This document shows positions 25,801 through 37,800 of a DNA stretch of 64,000 nucleotides, in pieces. Both the position numbers and the translations under genes were made by a program. The notes under the pieces were generated by a model that made no database searches, was not told where the DNA came from, and saw only the letters and a program-made list of their open reading frames with translations. Source of the stretch: Tubulanus polymorphus (Eukaryota; Animalia; Nemertea); the NCBI RefSeq assembly GCF_964204645.1, contig NC_134035.1:8030451-8094450 (forward strand). The letters run 5' to 3'. Each line of letters opens with the position of its first letter. The stretch's first letter is position 1.

Positions 25801-28800
25801 TCAAATTTTAATTGCTATTGGTTACTTCATGTTTTCAATGAGGACAACAATTCAAACTTAACCATTTAAATATAGCTGCAAAGCGTGACAACGGGTTTTC
25901 TGCACATCCTCGTTCGTATTCATGATCTCGTCTGAATACTGTGTCGACGATCGTGTGTATTCTGATGCAGCCGCACCATGCCATAAAAATTGAAGGGAAG
26001 TTAGAATCCTGTTCAACTGTCAAAACGGTTTTATAAAAGGACGGTTGACAAACTGTCAATGAGGCCTACTTTGAAACCATGGATGACTGGACCAGATGGT
26101 TATTTGACTCGACTGTTAGGCCTCAATTAGTCTTTATGGATTTCAAAAAAGCATTTGATAAGGTCCAACATCAGCGATTACTAAATAAGCTATTCGGAAA
26201 CGGTATCAATAATGGGTCGCTTAAATGGCTCAGCATATTTCCCTGAACGAAAACAGATGGCCGAATTCAATGAAACTGTCTCATCTTGGAATAAATCGGT
26301 CTAATAAGTGGAGTCACCCAAGGTAGTATCCTAAGTCGTCTTCTCTTCGCTCTCCTGATAGATGATATATACAGAGTAATTCAAAATGTACCGGACAGAG
26401 TATATTTCCAAAACGACCTAAACAAGCTGTGTTCCGTTCATGGTCAGAAACATGGAAGATGGGCTTCAACCTGAAAGGCATGATATGGATATTGGATAAA
26501 AGAAAACCCAGGTTCAGATTATACCTTTGTGCTTGAATGAGAAGATTATTTTGTTCGAATAAAGTATACTTATTGTAACGAAAAGATTATTTAGTTCCAC
26601 CAGAATTTTGCTCTTTGGAACGAAAAAAAAAAAATGCTTCGATCGAACAATATATCTGTTCGAACAAAAAATTTTATGTTCCAACAAGAAAATCTTGTTT
26701 TCGAATGAAAACAATTGAGTTTGATGGAACAATATGCTTTTTGTTCAAATGAAAACTTTTCATCGTTCTGAAAAAAAAATTTGTTCGAATTAAAAGCTAT
26801 GTTATTGTTGAAGTGAAAAACTTTTTGTCCCGACAAAAAAATTTTGTCCAGTGAAAACAATTTTGTTTCGAACAAATGTTTGAATAAAAATAATTCTGTT
26901 CGATTGAAAAACTTTTCACAATATACTTGTTCGAACGGAAAACTTAACATTCTGACAAGAGAATGAAAACGATTCTGTTCCATCCAACAATTGTTCGAAC
27001 AAAAAACATTTCATATGGACAAAAAAAGTTTGTTCGAATGAAAACAACTTTGTCTTAACGATTTTTTTCAAATTGGTTCGATCGAATGAAATATTATTGA
27101 AAAATTTTGAGCGAAAGGTTTTTTTAACAAAAAAAGATCTTTCTTGGGATCCGCAGTAACTTAAGTCATTAGGAATTAATTCTTCATTTTTGCCAATGGA
27201 ATATCGTTATAATAATTGTGATTGATCATTGGAAGTCAGAACCAGTTAATCACTAATAAATTTAAATCTTAATAAATCTGATTCCTCCTTTATAGTGAAC
27301 TTAGCTTTAACCTAGTAGAGGCTACCAGCCTACATAGGCCTATGTATATGCGTAGGGCTAACATCCGGACGGATTGGTCTTAGGAATTTCAACCCTCCTA
27401 AACATCTTATTCCTACACCTTATTTAACAGGGATAGGTCTCTGGGATATTCAATTCGTAAAATCGATTTCATTTTCAGATTATGAAGAAATCTTTTGTAC
27501 ATTGCAGCAATGTTGGCGAATTTTTTTTGCAAATTTTGTTTTGGAGTTCAATCCATGAGTCCGTTAATTATCACAACAATTACAAGTGTTTGTTTGAGAC
27601 AGTAAAGCTCAGTACCGGTAGACCTAAAGGTCACGTACAACTCAATGAACATTTCAAGCGACCCGGAAACGATCTCCTATCCCCCGCGGCGAACACTTAC
27701 TCCGAATATAAGCGTAAATCCAGCTTAGGGATGAGAGTGTGTCATATACTTGTATTTAGTAAATATCTTGTAGATTTGGTAAAGATCGGTATGTACTGTA
27801 GGAAAAATTGAATGAATCTCGCAGCCGAATCAAGTGATAAATTCTTTTATTTTGATACCTCGTCGACACAAAAGCTTTTCTCCTACGGATAATAATGTGT
27901 CATATACAGGTATTTAGTAAATATCCCGTGGATTTGGAAAAGCTCGATATGTACTGTAGGAAAAATAGAATACTGATGCATGGTTGAAGCCCGGGGCCAA
28001 ATCACTGTAGTAATAAATTCATTTATTTTGATATGTCGTCAACACTACAGCTTTTCTCCGCTGAATCTGTTCGGCCTGTTTAAATTAGGCCCACGACTCG
28101 ACTTAAATGATTTATCGTAGTAAATATCCGGTAAATTTGGTAAAGGAAAATAGAATATTGTAAAACTACAGGAGCCCAATACATTTACTGATTTACACCC
28201 ATTGCATCCATCCTTTGAATAAGAAATCTGAAAATTTCATGTGCTAACGCCAAATTCAATAAATATACCTTCTAATTCATGTAAAGACAACAAGATTAGA
28301 AAAAGTTCTGATTTTGTCGAAAATTCGAGACTTCAGAAATTAAAGTTAGCATTCAGTGAAACGTCCAGTAATGATAAAGCTACTTGAATAGCACTTTCAA
28401 CTTGCTCAAGTGTGCACTTGCGAGCAAAAATCAATTGAACATGTGGAGCCTACAACTATTGAGTTATCTTTTACATAAAAAGTTGCATACATTCTCTTCA
28501 CCGGGAATCAAGCATTTTTCCAATTTGGGATGGAAAAGACTTTAAATGTATTTGAACCCCTAATAAACCCTGATACACAGATCGCTGCACTGTAATGTAC
28601 TTGTTCCAGTTTTTGTAAGGAAAAATTTAGCGCACTGTTACATAAAATATCAAAATAATCGAAATGTGGTCTGATAGATGTTTGATATATTGTGTTTAAA
28701 TAACATAACAGCTTTTGATTATTCTTGAGAGAGATTAAAGTGGATTTATTAGTGTACTTGCTACATAAAAATCAAATTTAAGACGATAATCCTAAAATAA

Positions 28801-31800
28801 ATTCCAGATGTTTTTAAAATTTTTTTTAACACCCTCAACCCACTGAGCGCCATGCAGGGCATTATATGTGGGTTCGATGTTTCTTTTACCCAACGGGGGA
28901 GAGACCAGAGAAGAACCTTCGACCAAGAAACTTTGTCGCCACCAGGGTTTGAACCCATAAACCCTGGATTGACGAGACCAGTGACCGGTGGCTTAAACCA
29001 CTCGGCCACTGCGCCCTCAATGCCAGATGTTGATGACACATAGTGTAGCTATGACTTCATCATCTAGAATCACATCATCGTAGTTTGGAACCCCTCTTGC
29101 TGAAGCAATCATATCGTGACTTTTTGATGGCTTGAAATCTAAGCCCTAGCAGAGGGATGACCAATTAAGAATCTTTTACAGATCCACATGCAAAGTTGGG
29201 TTATATGAAATCGGATTTAGGGGATCAATAGGCATAAAAGTAGATGTATCATCAGCATAACGATACACTTCGGAGTCAAAGTGTTCCAGGTAAGTCATTT
29301 ATCTATAATAAAAGTATTAGCAGGCCTAAAATTGACCCCTGCGGAAGACCACAATTAACAAAATCATTGTTAGACTTGCTAGAGCCATTCCATTTATATA
29401 TTTGTACTTTCCTATTACAAATATAACTCTTCGAAAGATCTTATGGATCTTTCCCCTAATTCCATATTACTATATATGATCTAATTTTATAGAGAAGTAA
29501 ATTCCAGTGTGGAATGCCGTCAAATGCAGCCGTGTCTAAGAAAGTTCCTCGTACATTACGTTTTGCATTGACTTCATCATGTAAGCATGATGCTTTAGAT
29601 AATAGATAAATCCAATTCGGACGGTGTTAAAAGAGCGAACCAGGCCGTTTCGTATTTTGAAAATGGCATATTCTCTGTGTGTGTGGACATAAACTGGCAC
29701 CAGAGGCAACCAGTTGCACAGTCGTGACTTAAGTCCAAAAGTGGTCTTAAATCTTAAGACTGTTCTTAAGTTGTTAGATTGGCTATAGGACTAAGTTGGT
29801 CTTAGACTGGTCTTAAGTCTAAGCCATGACTATGCAACCGGCCCCACGTCCGTTCTAAATCATACTCTGCAGTATGAATTCAATTGTAATATACACATCC
29901 CCGATTCGTCATCAACCAGATCGATTTAGTTTTCACATATCATGTCATTTCTATATTGCCTAACAAATTATGTTTAGGCTAATGGAATATTGTTCATCAG
30001 TGTTCGGCTCTGGGAAGCCAGGTCGTGGGTTCAAACCCCGTACATTGCCGTAGTGTCCTCGGGCAAGACACTTATCCTCATTGCCTCTCTCCACCCAGGA
30101 GTAAATGGGTACCTGGCCTGATAGATGACTCCTGAGCGTTTGTTAGCAGCTCGGTGTTACTTCTCCCCAGGGAGAGATGACTGATACATGTTAGAGTATA
30201 AAATTGGCCAGGGTAATAATACCGAAAAAAATGTAAAGCGCTCTGAGCAGCCTGGCTGGATTTAGCGCTATATAAGACACATATTATTATCATAAAAGCT
30301 GTCCATTGCATTTGTACATTTTATGTTTTCGACAAACGATACAATGTATTTCTGAATTGCTTGTTTACGATTGTATAAATAATAAAATTCACACTTGAAT
30401 TGAGGACTTGCGTAAAAGAGTATATTTTAGGAAACATGTTAACATAAGTTCTATCCGTCGCCATCCGACCGATTGAACCGGGCAGTTCTAGAATCGAGAA
30501 TATAATGCTCATCGTAAGCACCATCTTAGTGGCTTTCATTTGATTTTGAGATGGCGCAATCGTAGAAGCCGATAGAGCCTTGCGTTGCTTGTCTTTTACG
30601 ACCAAAACGATAATGAGAGCTATGTTTGCCGCGAAAACTAAGACACTTGGAATAATAATGCGGATGAACGGGTTTATGTACATGTGAAATATCTTGTAAA
30701 TTGTTTTATCATACTCAGGAACGTAATGTGCATAATGGACAATACGTAAATCTTGATAACGATCTTGTCTTTTTACCCGGTTAAAAATTGGCATGTAAGT
30801 GTATAACGACAACGATAGCGTATACGTAATGATGACGAGTGGCAAAAGGCTGCGTTTAACGTGCAGCGGAAAAATGATAGTTACCAATCGCTCGCATTGA
30901 ATTATGACGGTGAAATAATTCCTAGACATCAAAGAACCCATGTTCAATGCCGTTCCCCATATATTCATGTACGGCGAAATACGCGCCTTAGGGAATTTCA
31001 TGACAGAATTCGTGCCGTATCGTGCGTACTGAACGTAAAAACGCACTGCGCCTTTAAGAAACTTTGTCAACAAGTACATGATGTCGCTCAGCGCGAGGTA
31101 TCTCAGTAAATCGAAGCAGCGGTTTCTAGTTTTCAGTTTACGTAGAACAATGACAACCAACACATTTAACGTAACACCGACTGCGACTAGTGGAGGTATA
31201 ATGAACGCCTCCCGGATCCATGAAAACGGCGATACTTGTTTATAAACGTAAATTGACGTTTCATTCATTCTTTCAATTTCTAATCAGCACCACACACAAC
31301 ACGTACGGGAGCGCGATACATTTACAAACTTATGTCCATTGTTTCCTTCGAGCCAGAAACCGTTTCCACGTGTGAACACCAAATTTAATACGGATATTCT
31401 TTGTATGTCATCTTATTGTTGTGTTGAAGAATGGCAGCTAAGTTTCGATTTTTACCAGAGAAAATGAGAGAATGCAGATATGATATTCGCGGCGGTAGTG
31501 AGTGGTCCATTATATGAAAAGGCTACGTCGTGATTGTGAATACCACTAATCAAATTCAATACACTCGACAATTGCTGCGTGTGCATGAGAAATATAGACA
31601 TACATCCAGTTGCATTATGTAAATTCAACCTCTACAAGGCCAGTAACGATAACACACTGATGACTTAAGCCCCCGTAACAGACTAGACGCGTCATATCTC
31701 GCTCAGCGAATCGATATTCCTCGCATTCGAACCAGGGCACGTGATACGACGAATCGTCGTCTCCCACACGAATCTAACACGCGATTAATTCATCCATGCG

Positions 31801-34800
31801 TGCCTGTTACCTCCACTGGATGCTGAATTCGACAACAGATTACACACAAAACCATGTCATCATTTGATCGATGAATCAGTTTTAACGATGGACAATATCT
31901 GTCTGTTTATTGTTATACAGAAATATTGATTGCGTGATGTAAGATTCACCTGGTTATTGGAGAGGAAGCTTGGACGCCATGATGTGCGCGTTTCAAGTAA
32001 AATAAAGTTTTGTTGAAATCAGATTCCATCGTTAGTCCTCCTAAGGGTTTAATCGACTCAGTACTCGGAAGAGAAGAGGAGACCAACAGAACATGGTGGA
32101 GAACGCGGGTTGCCCCCCCACCCTGGTGTAAAAACAAAGAAGTTTTTCAATATAATTACCACAGGGCTGCCAACCTCTGAAAAGTTCTATCAGTAACAAA
32201 CTGATTTTACATCAGTAATATTTCATTGAAATATGAAAGAAAATCTTCAAATTAAGTTCAGCAGCAGATCACATGGAAGCCTGAGAACCAATAAAACTGA
32301 GAAGAATAATTTCTTTCAAATCAGGCAACGTTACTAACACACTTTAGACCAAAGGTTCGACCTGTGCGCGGGGCATTGATTTTTCCAATTAAACTACATG
32401 TTTGTTTGCTTCCTAAAGTTGTTACCCGCAGCCTCCACAGGCACAGGACAGCTTCAGCATATCTCCATGGGCACTCAAATTTTAATTGCTATTGGTCACG
32501 TCATGTTTTCAATGAGGTCAACAATTCAAACTTAACCGTTTAATTGACTAACACTTTTTCACGAAACAGAAAACACGCACCTGTTCATATTTTCTTGTTC
32601 GGAATCTTGTTGCCTGGCAACTTTCTGTAGATGTTTCACTTGTCGGCGACTGTCACGCACCTCTACTTCTAATCGACGCATCTTCACGAAATCCCGCAAA
32701 ACCTTCAACAACATTAGACACGACATTAGAAATGGTCGGCCATCTTGGATGACAGCATAACTAAGATTCATCTACTGATATCAGGGTTCTTACAGGTTTC
32801 CCACTTTCATTTTCCATAATTTTCCATACCCTGATTATGAATTTTTCATACCCCTAAGTTACACATCCCAAACCTAGAATAGGCAATGTAGGTCCATTCA
32901 AAGTAAATTACTGCCAATTATCAATACTATTGACAAAGTGTTTTCATAAAGTTTGTTATGAAATGTGTAGCAAGACATTAAGGCATACATGTAGAGCCTA
33001 AATTCAAAATAGAAAGACAATTTTATTTTAAGACTAATACGATAACCACACTCAAACGTGGTGAACGGATAAAAAGATAAAAACCCACTATCTACAGATT
33101 AAAAGAATTTAAAATCAAGAATTTATTTATTCGAACAATCTAAAATATATAATAAACACGACGTTTCGATCTAACCCTAGAGATCATCGTCAGGTGTATT
33201 ATCTCACCTGACGATGATCTCTAGGGTGAGATCGAAACGCCGTGTTTATTATATATTTTAGATTGTTCGAATAAATAAATTCTTGATTTTAAATTCTTTT
33301 AATCTGTAGATAGTGGGTTTTTATCTTTTTATTTTAAGACTGTTTTCTGATTTTCCACAGCTTTTGTCATCTAACATTATCATGTCATGTAACATACATT
33401 GCCTGGGGGGATATAATTAGCATGCACAAGAGTAAGACCTCCTGGACAAAAAATAAATCAATGAAGTTTAAAATGGCTTTGAAATAGAATTATTCACCTC
33501 TGGCAAAGCATTACAATTTTCACCGATGAGTTTAGCTTCGTTTTCTGTCCGCGTGAACCAATCGTTGTTTTCCTTCAGACGTGAATTGACGTCCGCCTTA
33601 CGGCTCAAAATCGTATCTCGACGTTTCTCGGCCGCGTCGATCGCATGGTTTAATTTTGAATGAACCTTTTAATGAAATAGGTGAAAAAATTCCTTAAAAC
33701 GTTTCATTACGAAATCACAGGTCGTTGAAAAGTACTAAATAGTGGATTGATGAACGAAAAGCAGAATAAGGGGAAACAAGATGGCCTCTTAAAGAAAACT
33801 TAATGAGGTACATAGGGGTCCCTACTACAGATCAGTCATTTGTGGATATAAAGAGTTTTCAAGGAAAAAATTCATATCCTAATTACAGTAGACTCCTCCT
33901 AAATCGGTTCTGTCTATCTTGGTCAACCATTAATTTGGTAATTTTATCAACAAATGATATCCTTTATACCTCCTAAACTTGGTGTCTAATTTGGTTTGAA
34001 AAAAATTATACAGGTCCCAATCGATTAAGGTGTAGTCTACTTCAAACTAGAAAAACATTTCTAATTGCCTATCTCTCAAAATTGAAAGCTTTAAAGGAGT
34101 TTTGGGCATTTTGTTCAATTAAAAGGAGTTTCAAGCACATTCAAAAGCATTTTCCGTTTTGAAGTTTTAAGGAGTGGCAGGGACCCTGGGGCCGGTTCCA
34201 TAGTCATGCCTTAGACTTAAGACCAGTCTAAGACTATCTTAGTTCTATAGCTAATCTAACAGCTTAAGACCACTTTTGGACTAAAGTCGCGACTATGGAA
34301 CCGGCCCCTGTACATAAAGTCCAGGTACCCGTTACTCAGAGTTAACCAGCGGATAAATAACACGGTAAAGGGCATTCAAACATTGATTATCTTGAACCAA
34401 CATTTGAGCAAATGGCCACAGGTTTGCTAAAAGTGTAACTAAACTCTAAGTAGTTTCTGTTAGGCTTTCGTATTCAAATGAAGCCAACAAGTGTATTGGT
34501 AAATCTGTTTTTGCGAAAATAAAACCCAAAGGTAGGTTTTGCTTAAAAATAAAGAATTAAATGAACCAAAGCAAAATGGTCATCACGATGTATCAACAGT
34601 CTATCGCAAATAACTCGACGACTTCAAGTACAATTTTTAGATGGCATAACAGCAAATGCCGCCTTATTGGGTAGAGTACGGAGGAAGGCGGAGTCTACTC
34701 TACTAGCTTATCAGTAAATCTCCCAACATTTAAGTTAAACTACACCTCGTGACAAGTACATATCATGGATTTTTTATATGTATTTACTATACCTTTTCCG

Positions 34801-37800
34801 ATCTGGTTTTATCACTGCTGACGACGCCGAGTCGAGATAAAACCTGTTGTTTCTGATGTATTTTCAACGTCAGATCGCGTTCGGAACATTCGTACTCCAT
34901 GATCTCGTTGCGTAAACTCAGTCGCTTCGTGAATATCGTACTGAACAACGTTTTCAACCTGCGGCGGAGATGAAAATAGACGATGATCGAGAAAAACCGT
35001 TTTATATGAAATAAAGTTTAACCTCCGATTGGAAGTGGGGTCCACTGGGTATTTCCCGGGGAAAAATTCAGAATACTGACAATTTTGTGTTATATTGCAG
35101 TATACGTAAAGACATGTTAGCTAACTCTATGAATCGTATACGTAAAGACATGTTAGCTAACTCTATGAATCGTATACGTAAAGACATGTTAGCTAACTCT
35201 ATGAATCGTATACGTAAAGACATGTTAGCTAACTCTATGAATCGTATACGTAAAGACATGTTAGCTAACTCTATGAATCGTATAGGCCTACGTAAAGACA
35301 TGTTAGCTAACTCTATGAATCGTATACATAAAGACATGTTAGCTAACTCTATGAATCGTATAGGCCTACGTAAAGACATGTTAGCTAACTCTATGAATCG
35401 TATACGTAAAGACATGTTAGCTAACTCTATGAATCGTATAGGCCTACGTAAAGACATGTTAGCTAACTCTATGAATCGTATACGTAAAGACATGTTAGCT
35501 AACTCTATAAATCGTATAGGCCTACGTAAAGACATGTTAGCTAACTCTATGAATCGTATACGTAGAGACATGTTAGCTAACTCTATGAATCATTAAGCTA
35601 TCATCAGAACTTCCTCTAATGGTGTAAGAGATTCTCGGAAGCCCCATTATATCCAAACTATACAGTTTTTGCTTCAGAAATCCTGAAAATGATCGAAATG
35701 GAAATTATTCACGATACGTACCGGTTAATATCTTCTTGTTTGGCGGTGTCCGCCTGTCGCTGGTGGAACGGCGTCATCAAACCTCCTTCGTACGACTGAA
35801 GTTTCAATTTCAATTCAGAAATCTGAAGGAAAAACCATTTGAAATTTCAGATACATCTTTTAAAATTTCGCTTCGGACATATATACTGAGCTCGACGGTA
35901 TATGGCATAAAATGTGCATACAAACATTTCGGCAGACATTTTGCTTAGATTTTCACGTTTTCAACTATTTCTCACGATTCATTGCATTTCACCTCATTCC
36001 GACTGACCGCCGTTAAACGCTTGGTGACATTTTCAAACGACCCTTGAGACAATGTCAAAAGTTGTTTCAATTACTCTTTTGAAATTATTCATTACCTCAG
36101 TGCGCAGCTCTTCGACTATCTTCACGTATCGACTGACGTGCATATCAACGCTGAGCACGTTCTTCTTCAACTGGAAAAACAATCAATAACCGATTTATCT
36201 AATGCAAAATTTTAATCCAACCCCAATCAATTTTACAACAATTTTAACTAAAATTTTTGTTTCGATTACTGTTGGTAACTTCATGCTTTCAGAGGACATC
36301 AATTCCAACGTATTCATAGTTTCACAAAGCTCACTACAATCATTGTTTTGATAGTTGAGTTCATCGAAAATGAGAAGGTTGTCATCATAAGCAACTAATC
36401 ATAATTATTTTTTTCGTGAAACTGCCTCCCCGAAGAACTGACAGCAACAAACTTACCGTAGCCTTGATATTCTTGGCCCTATCCGCGTATTTCAGCGAGT
36501 TTAACGTATCCTCGTAACTCATAGCAGATGGACTGACGGCAGTTATCATCACTGTTGAACAGTTACCACCGATTGAATCTTTCAGTAATCGAGTTAGTTT
36601 ACTGTCCCTGTATGGGATGTGCTGGTTCTTTTTACCGCTGTTCTATAGTTTTAAATGAATACAGGTAAAATATAATGACTACAAACATCTGTTCCTGAAT
36701 GCATTGTAATTCCTACTGGAATATAGTCACCAATCATAAGCTCCCTATTGAACTACCAAATAGTGAATCAAGTTTTTCAGCTTTGCCAAATGTTTGAAAA
36801 AAGACAATTCTTTAAGCTGGTCCATGGTGTGTGTAATCCCCAATCTAAGCCAGGGGACATCTTGACTTTTCTATGATAATCAATGCCAAAATATTAGGCC
36901 CCAGTTACGACTTAAGCCCAAAAAGTCGACTTAAATCTACTTAGACCATGGTCTTAAGTTGATAGACTGGCTATAGAACTAAGATGGTCTTTAAACTAAG
37001 CCATGTGTGTGCAAGTGGTCACAGAAGAATAAATCAATGACAATGTACTGATATATGTAACACGTACCCTGCCATCGGCTAAAGCATTAATCACATTTCC
37101 GAGCGCGAGTAACGAACGATTTATATTGGCTCCTTCTCGTAATCGAGCTCCGCGATTGGCTGTAGCGGTCGCGCGCTCGGATCCGGCCAGATCGATCAAC
37201 GACATCTTCGCCATGTGTATATCCGCGGTTAAACTAGCCGTACGATCTTTCTGTCGTACAAACACCTGAACATTTTGAAGAAAAAAAAAAAGAAAATCAG
37301 ACATTTTGAAATTGATTTTTCCATGAGAAATTCCTAGGTTAAGAATGTTACAATTCATTCAATTTTCATTGAATCACGCATTGATAAGTAAACACATGGT
37401 CAATAGCATTATCCAAATTCCAGATAGTTTTTCAGATTATTTTGGTAAATTTGTCAAATTTCATTAATTTTTTCCCGTTTTTTTTTTCTAGATTTTTCTG
37501 ATTCCCGGAGCTTCCCAGGTTTTCCTGGTCAGCAGCAACCCAGCACCTTGTTGTAGAAGAAAATCTAAACATTTCCAAGGTACGCGAATAAAGCAATATG
37601 AAAATGGAATAAGACTTGAGTGTCAAGGTAATCGCACTACTTATATTGTTCCCAGAAATCTAATGGTTACGATCCATAAAACTCATCTACTGACCTGAAA
37701 AACTGCATGCGAACGTGACGACTCCTTATTGGCATCGGTCGGGTGTTGCGTGCGATTTTGATTTCCGTAATATAACATTTCCAACAAATCCTTGGCATCT

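Larger units (their letters stand above)
22549..25869. repeat. Segmental duplication, copy A (contains GPCR-A)
   Basis: Colinear with 28171-32543 from GGAGCCCAATACATTTAC to CAATTCAAACTTAACC. Confidence 0.9.
28171..32543. repeat. Segmental duplication, copy B (contains GPCR-B)
   Basis: Colinear with 22549-25869, with additional insertions. Confidence 0.9.

Noticed and set aside
26514-26983. Phe-rich 130-aa and 72-aa ORFs
   Set aside because: Translation of low-complexity TTCGAA and poly-A/T repeats.
31946-32137. Possible upstream exon of GPCR-B (ATGGCG..CCAG|GTGAAT on the minus strand)
   Set aside because: Present only in copy B, with no supporting acceptor or homology.
35068-35596. Repetitive 167-aa and 169-aa ORFs on both strands
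   Set aside because: Artefact of a 36/42-bp minisatellite (multiples of 3) inside a KIF18A intron; the flanking exons join in frame without it.
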